Below, in pieces: positions 61,391 to 64,000 of a DNA stretch of 64,000 nt. Under the pieces are notes generated by a model. It was given only the letters and a program-made list of their open reading frames with translations, did no database searches and had not been told where the DNA came from. Within the stretch, counting starts at the first letter, position 1; the number at the start of each line of letters is the position of its first letter. The DNA is from Eutreptiella sp. 'Long Island Sound 2002' (lineage: Eukaryota > Protista > Euglenida), in assembly GCA_964036045.1 (NCBI GenBank), contig OZ038378.1, positions 28,582,001-28,646,000 on the forward strand, read 5' to 3'. Both the position numbers and the translations under genes were made by a program.

Positions 61391-62050
61391 GCGTGGCCAC
61401 CCCTGCTCGTGTCACATGCAAAAAAAAAGACAAAAAACTAAATTCGGGGGGCCTGCAATTAATATTTGCATGTTAAAATTATCGGACCAAATATCAATTA
61501 ATAAATTAAATATTAACCGTCGCTTGCGTTAATATTAACCTACAGATGTTAATGTCACCGATTCCAATATTAACTTGAAAGAAAAAGGCATAATACACAG
61601 TGAGACGCCCCAAGTGCATGCATACCTTTGGTGCCTCACCATTTGGGGAGGGGGGGGGGTTTCGGGGGCTCTTGGGGGCTGGAGGGAGGGGGTTGCACGG
61701 GCTGTGGACACCACATACATACGCTGGCCAAGTTTGATGGAGGTGTTTCTTTGGGTGGGGGAGGGGTTGCTTGGGGGGTGGGGGGGGGGGGGCTATGGAG
61801 GGTTTTTGACCCACGGCCCTAAAAACCACACCCCCACACAACCCAGCCCTAGAAACCACACACCGAGACCAAAGCCCCCCCCCCGACCCCCACACCCCAC
61901 AGCCCCAATTGTCACCCCCTCACACACCACTATACCACGGGGGGGGGGGGGGGCAACAATGAAGCCAGAACTAGCCCCTTTATCTGCTTTGGGGCAATCT
62001 GCATGCCGCGAACACACAGACACACAGACATACACACACACACACACACA

Positions 62051-62491
62051 CACTTAGTGATAGTGAAGGGAACAAGAACCAACAGATAACCAATGTGGAT
62101 ACAAATGCACCGGGAGGCACTGTGGGTACAAGTCTCCAGCATCCTCATCAGAGGAGCAAAAAATGTTGGCCCTCACACGAGCAGGCGACTGACAGCAGTG
62201 GTGCTGTAAGTCGGAATCACAGACACACGTTCACACATACACAAGAGAGTAGCAGGAACACACAACAGCATTGCAGATGACCGGTGCTCGGGACTCACTC
62301 CCACTCGGGTTTGCCCGAGTCATCCCTGTCCAATGGCGGGCACCTTGGTGTGACGTCTCACTGACATCGCCATCATCACGGAGGAGTAAGTCGCTGCACC
62401 AAGGGTCCGGTCGCAGAACAGCAGAACACGCATGCACGCTCAGCAGGTCACACGGCCCTCACCTTCGCTGGCCATGGGTGTAACCACCCAG

Positions 62492-62533
<42 letters not shown>

Positions 62534-64000
62534 TTCGTTTTGCTGGAGTGTCGTATACCGTGCCTGTGTTGGTATGCGTGCATGCATGCGGTTGTGGTGT
62601 GTGCTACCCCAGCGGTTGAATCACCGGGCTCGTGCCGTGAAGGCGCTGGTTCGATTCCCGCTGTGCGCGTGGCTGCACTGCCGAAGAAAAGACTGCAGGT
62701 GCCCGGCTACAGTGAATGCGCCCCCCTCCCCACGCTGCCGGGCTTCAAGACCCGTAAGCCGCGCGCGCTGCCGGAGGGGGCGGTGGTGCGGTTTTTGTGG
62801 CTTGTGTCGGGGGTTGGGGGCCAATGAAAAAAAAGCGAGGCGCACCTCCCGCTGCCGGTAGACCCGGCTGCCGCGTGTGCTGTTGTAGGGGGCGGTGGTG
62901 CGTTTATGACGAAAGGAGGGATCCAACCTCCGCCATAGGCTCACGAGTCTATGTTTCAGACCACTAGACCACTCCAGGCCTCTTACCCTACATTGCGTGC
63001 ACACACACACACTCACACACTCAAGCACACTGCCACCTCCGTGTTGAGCCTGAAAAACACGTCCTCGGTGGCTATAGTAAGTAAGGCTCTATAGGGTTGA
63101 AAAACATGGAAAAACAGGACATGAGCTCGCTGAGTACAGTACTTCCTGCGATGCACCCAGATGGGCGACTCGAGCCCCCCACCTGTAAAGCCGCGGGCGA
63201 GTGCACAAAGCCCCATGCCCCCTTACACGGCCTAGTGCACCGCATGGTGTAGTGTACGCATGGACTGCAGTCAGAGCAGCGTGCATAACAGCACTGAACG
63301 CACGCCGTAGCACATAAAACTTGTGTCTGCCCAGACGTTCCGGCACTAGGGGAACTGTGGAAGGGTCTACAAATCCGGGCTCTGAGGAAGAGTAGAAAGC
63401 CATGAAGGTAGCGGTTGGTGCCAGCAATCCTTACTTTCACTCCCTCGGCACTCCCTGGGGGGTCCCACCCGGCCGACACGTAGCCGTGTCAACACACCCG
63501 GGATATAACCTCAGTACAGTACAGGTGGTGTCCAGAGCGGCAGATAGCAGTTGGTGCCAGCAAACCTCATTTTCGCCTAGGGAGTACTCCAGTGTATAAC
63601 CGTATATTGGGGGGGAGAGAGAGAAAGGTACCGAAGATGTGCAGCATACAACAGGGTGCAGAAAGAGGAAACTGAGCATTGAGCACCAAACATTTCACTG
63701 CCGAATAGTCATGGGGGTGTGCCAACAGCAGATGACACACTTAGTGATAGTGAAGGGAACAAGAACCAACAGATAACCAATGTGGATACAAATGCACCGG
63801 GAGGCACTGTGGGTACAAGTCTCCAGCATCCTCATCAGAGGAGCAAAAAATGTTGGCCCTCAGACGAGCAGGCGACTGACAACAGTGGTGCTGTAAGTCG
63901 GAATCACAGACACACGTTCACACATACACAAGAGAGTAGCAGGAACACACAACAGCATTGCAGATGACCGGTGCTCGGGACTCACTCCCACTCGGGTTTG
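62051..64000. repeat. Direct repeat with 1687-bp period; the second copy starts at 63738 and runs off the window
   Basis: CACTTAGTGATAGTGAAGGG...CACTCGGGTTTG at 62051 and 63738 differ at only a couple of positions over about 260 bp. Confidence 0.9.
62599..62668 (+). pseudogene. tRNA-derived pseudogene or SINE head
   Basis: TACCCCAGCGGTT (A-box-like) and GCTGGTTCGATTCCCGC (T-arm/B-box, 4 of 5 pairs). The acceptor stem is degenerate. Confidence 0.45.

Noticed and set aside
1-64000. Spliced-leader RNA, 5S or other rRNA, intact tRNA genes, telomeric arrays
   Set aside because: No match to a euglenid-type SL core (TCTGAGTGTCTA) or rRNA motifs was seen by eye. The tRNA-like units fail to form full cloverleaves, and there is no tandem TTAGGG.

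Overview
This is repeat-rich eukaryotic nuclear DNA. Long G/C homopolymers, (CA)n tracts and polypyrimidine-AG sites just upstream of start codons suggest a trans-splicing protist such as a euglenid, but that is an inference I cannot prove from the sequence. Three conventional genes lie on the minus strand: a 2-exon class III alcohol dehydrogenase (S-(hydroxymethyl)glutathione dehydrogenase), a 3-exon membrane-anchored PhyH-type 2OG-Fe(II) dioxygenase, and an intronless ankyrin-repeat protein with an F-box-like C-terminus. Most of the rest is transposon debris: LINE fragments, a pogo/Tc5 HTH remnant, a PIF/Harbinger-type DDE remnant fused to PHD-PHD-TTF zinc fingers, four copies of one element family (three with a Ulp1/C48 protease), tRNA-derived units and structured satellites. 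The best candidate for an undescribed system is a set of short, complete TIR elements. One family has GGGGGCG termini, 3-bp TSDs and 11-bp palindromic subterminal arrays. A second has TA TSDs. Both carry the same roughly 60-aa beta-barrel-like (Tudor/SH3/kinesin-13-N-like) 'RS[NT]GxRVxA' domain, each copy preceded by a splice acceptor and an ATG. All assignments come from reading motifs by eye; no database searches were run. No CRISPR array, rRNA or SL RNA gene was found.
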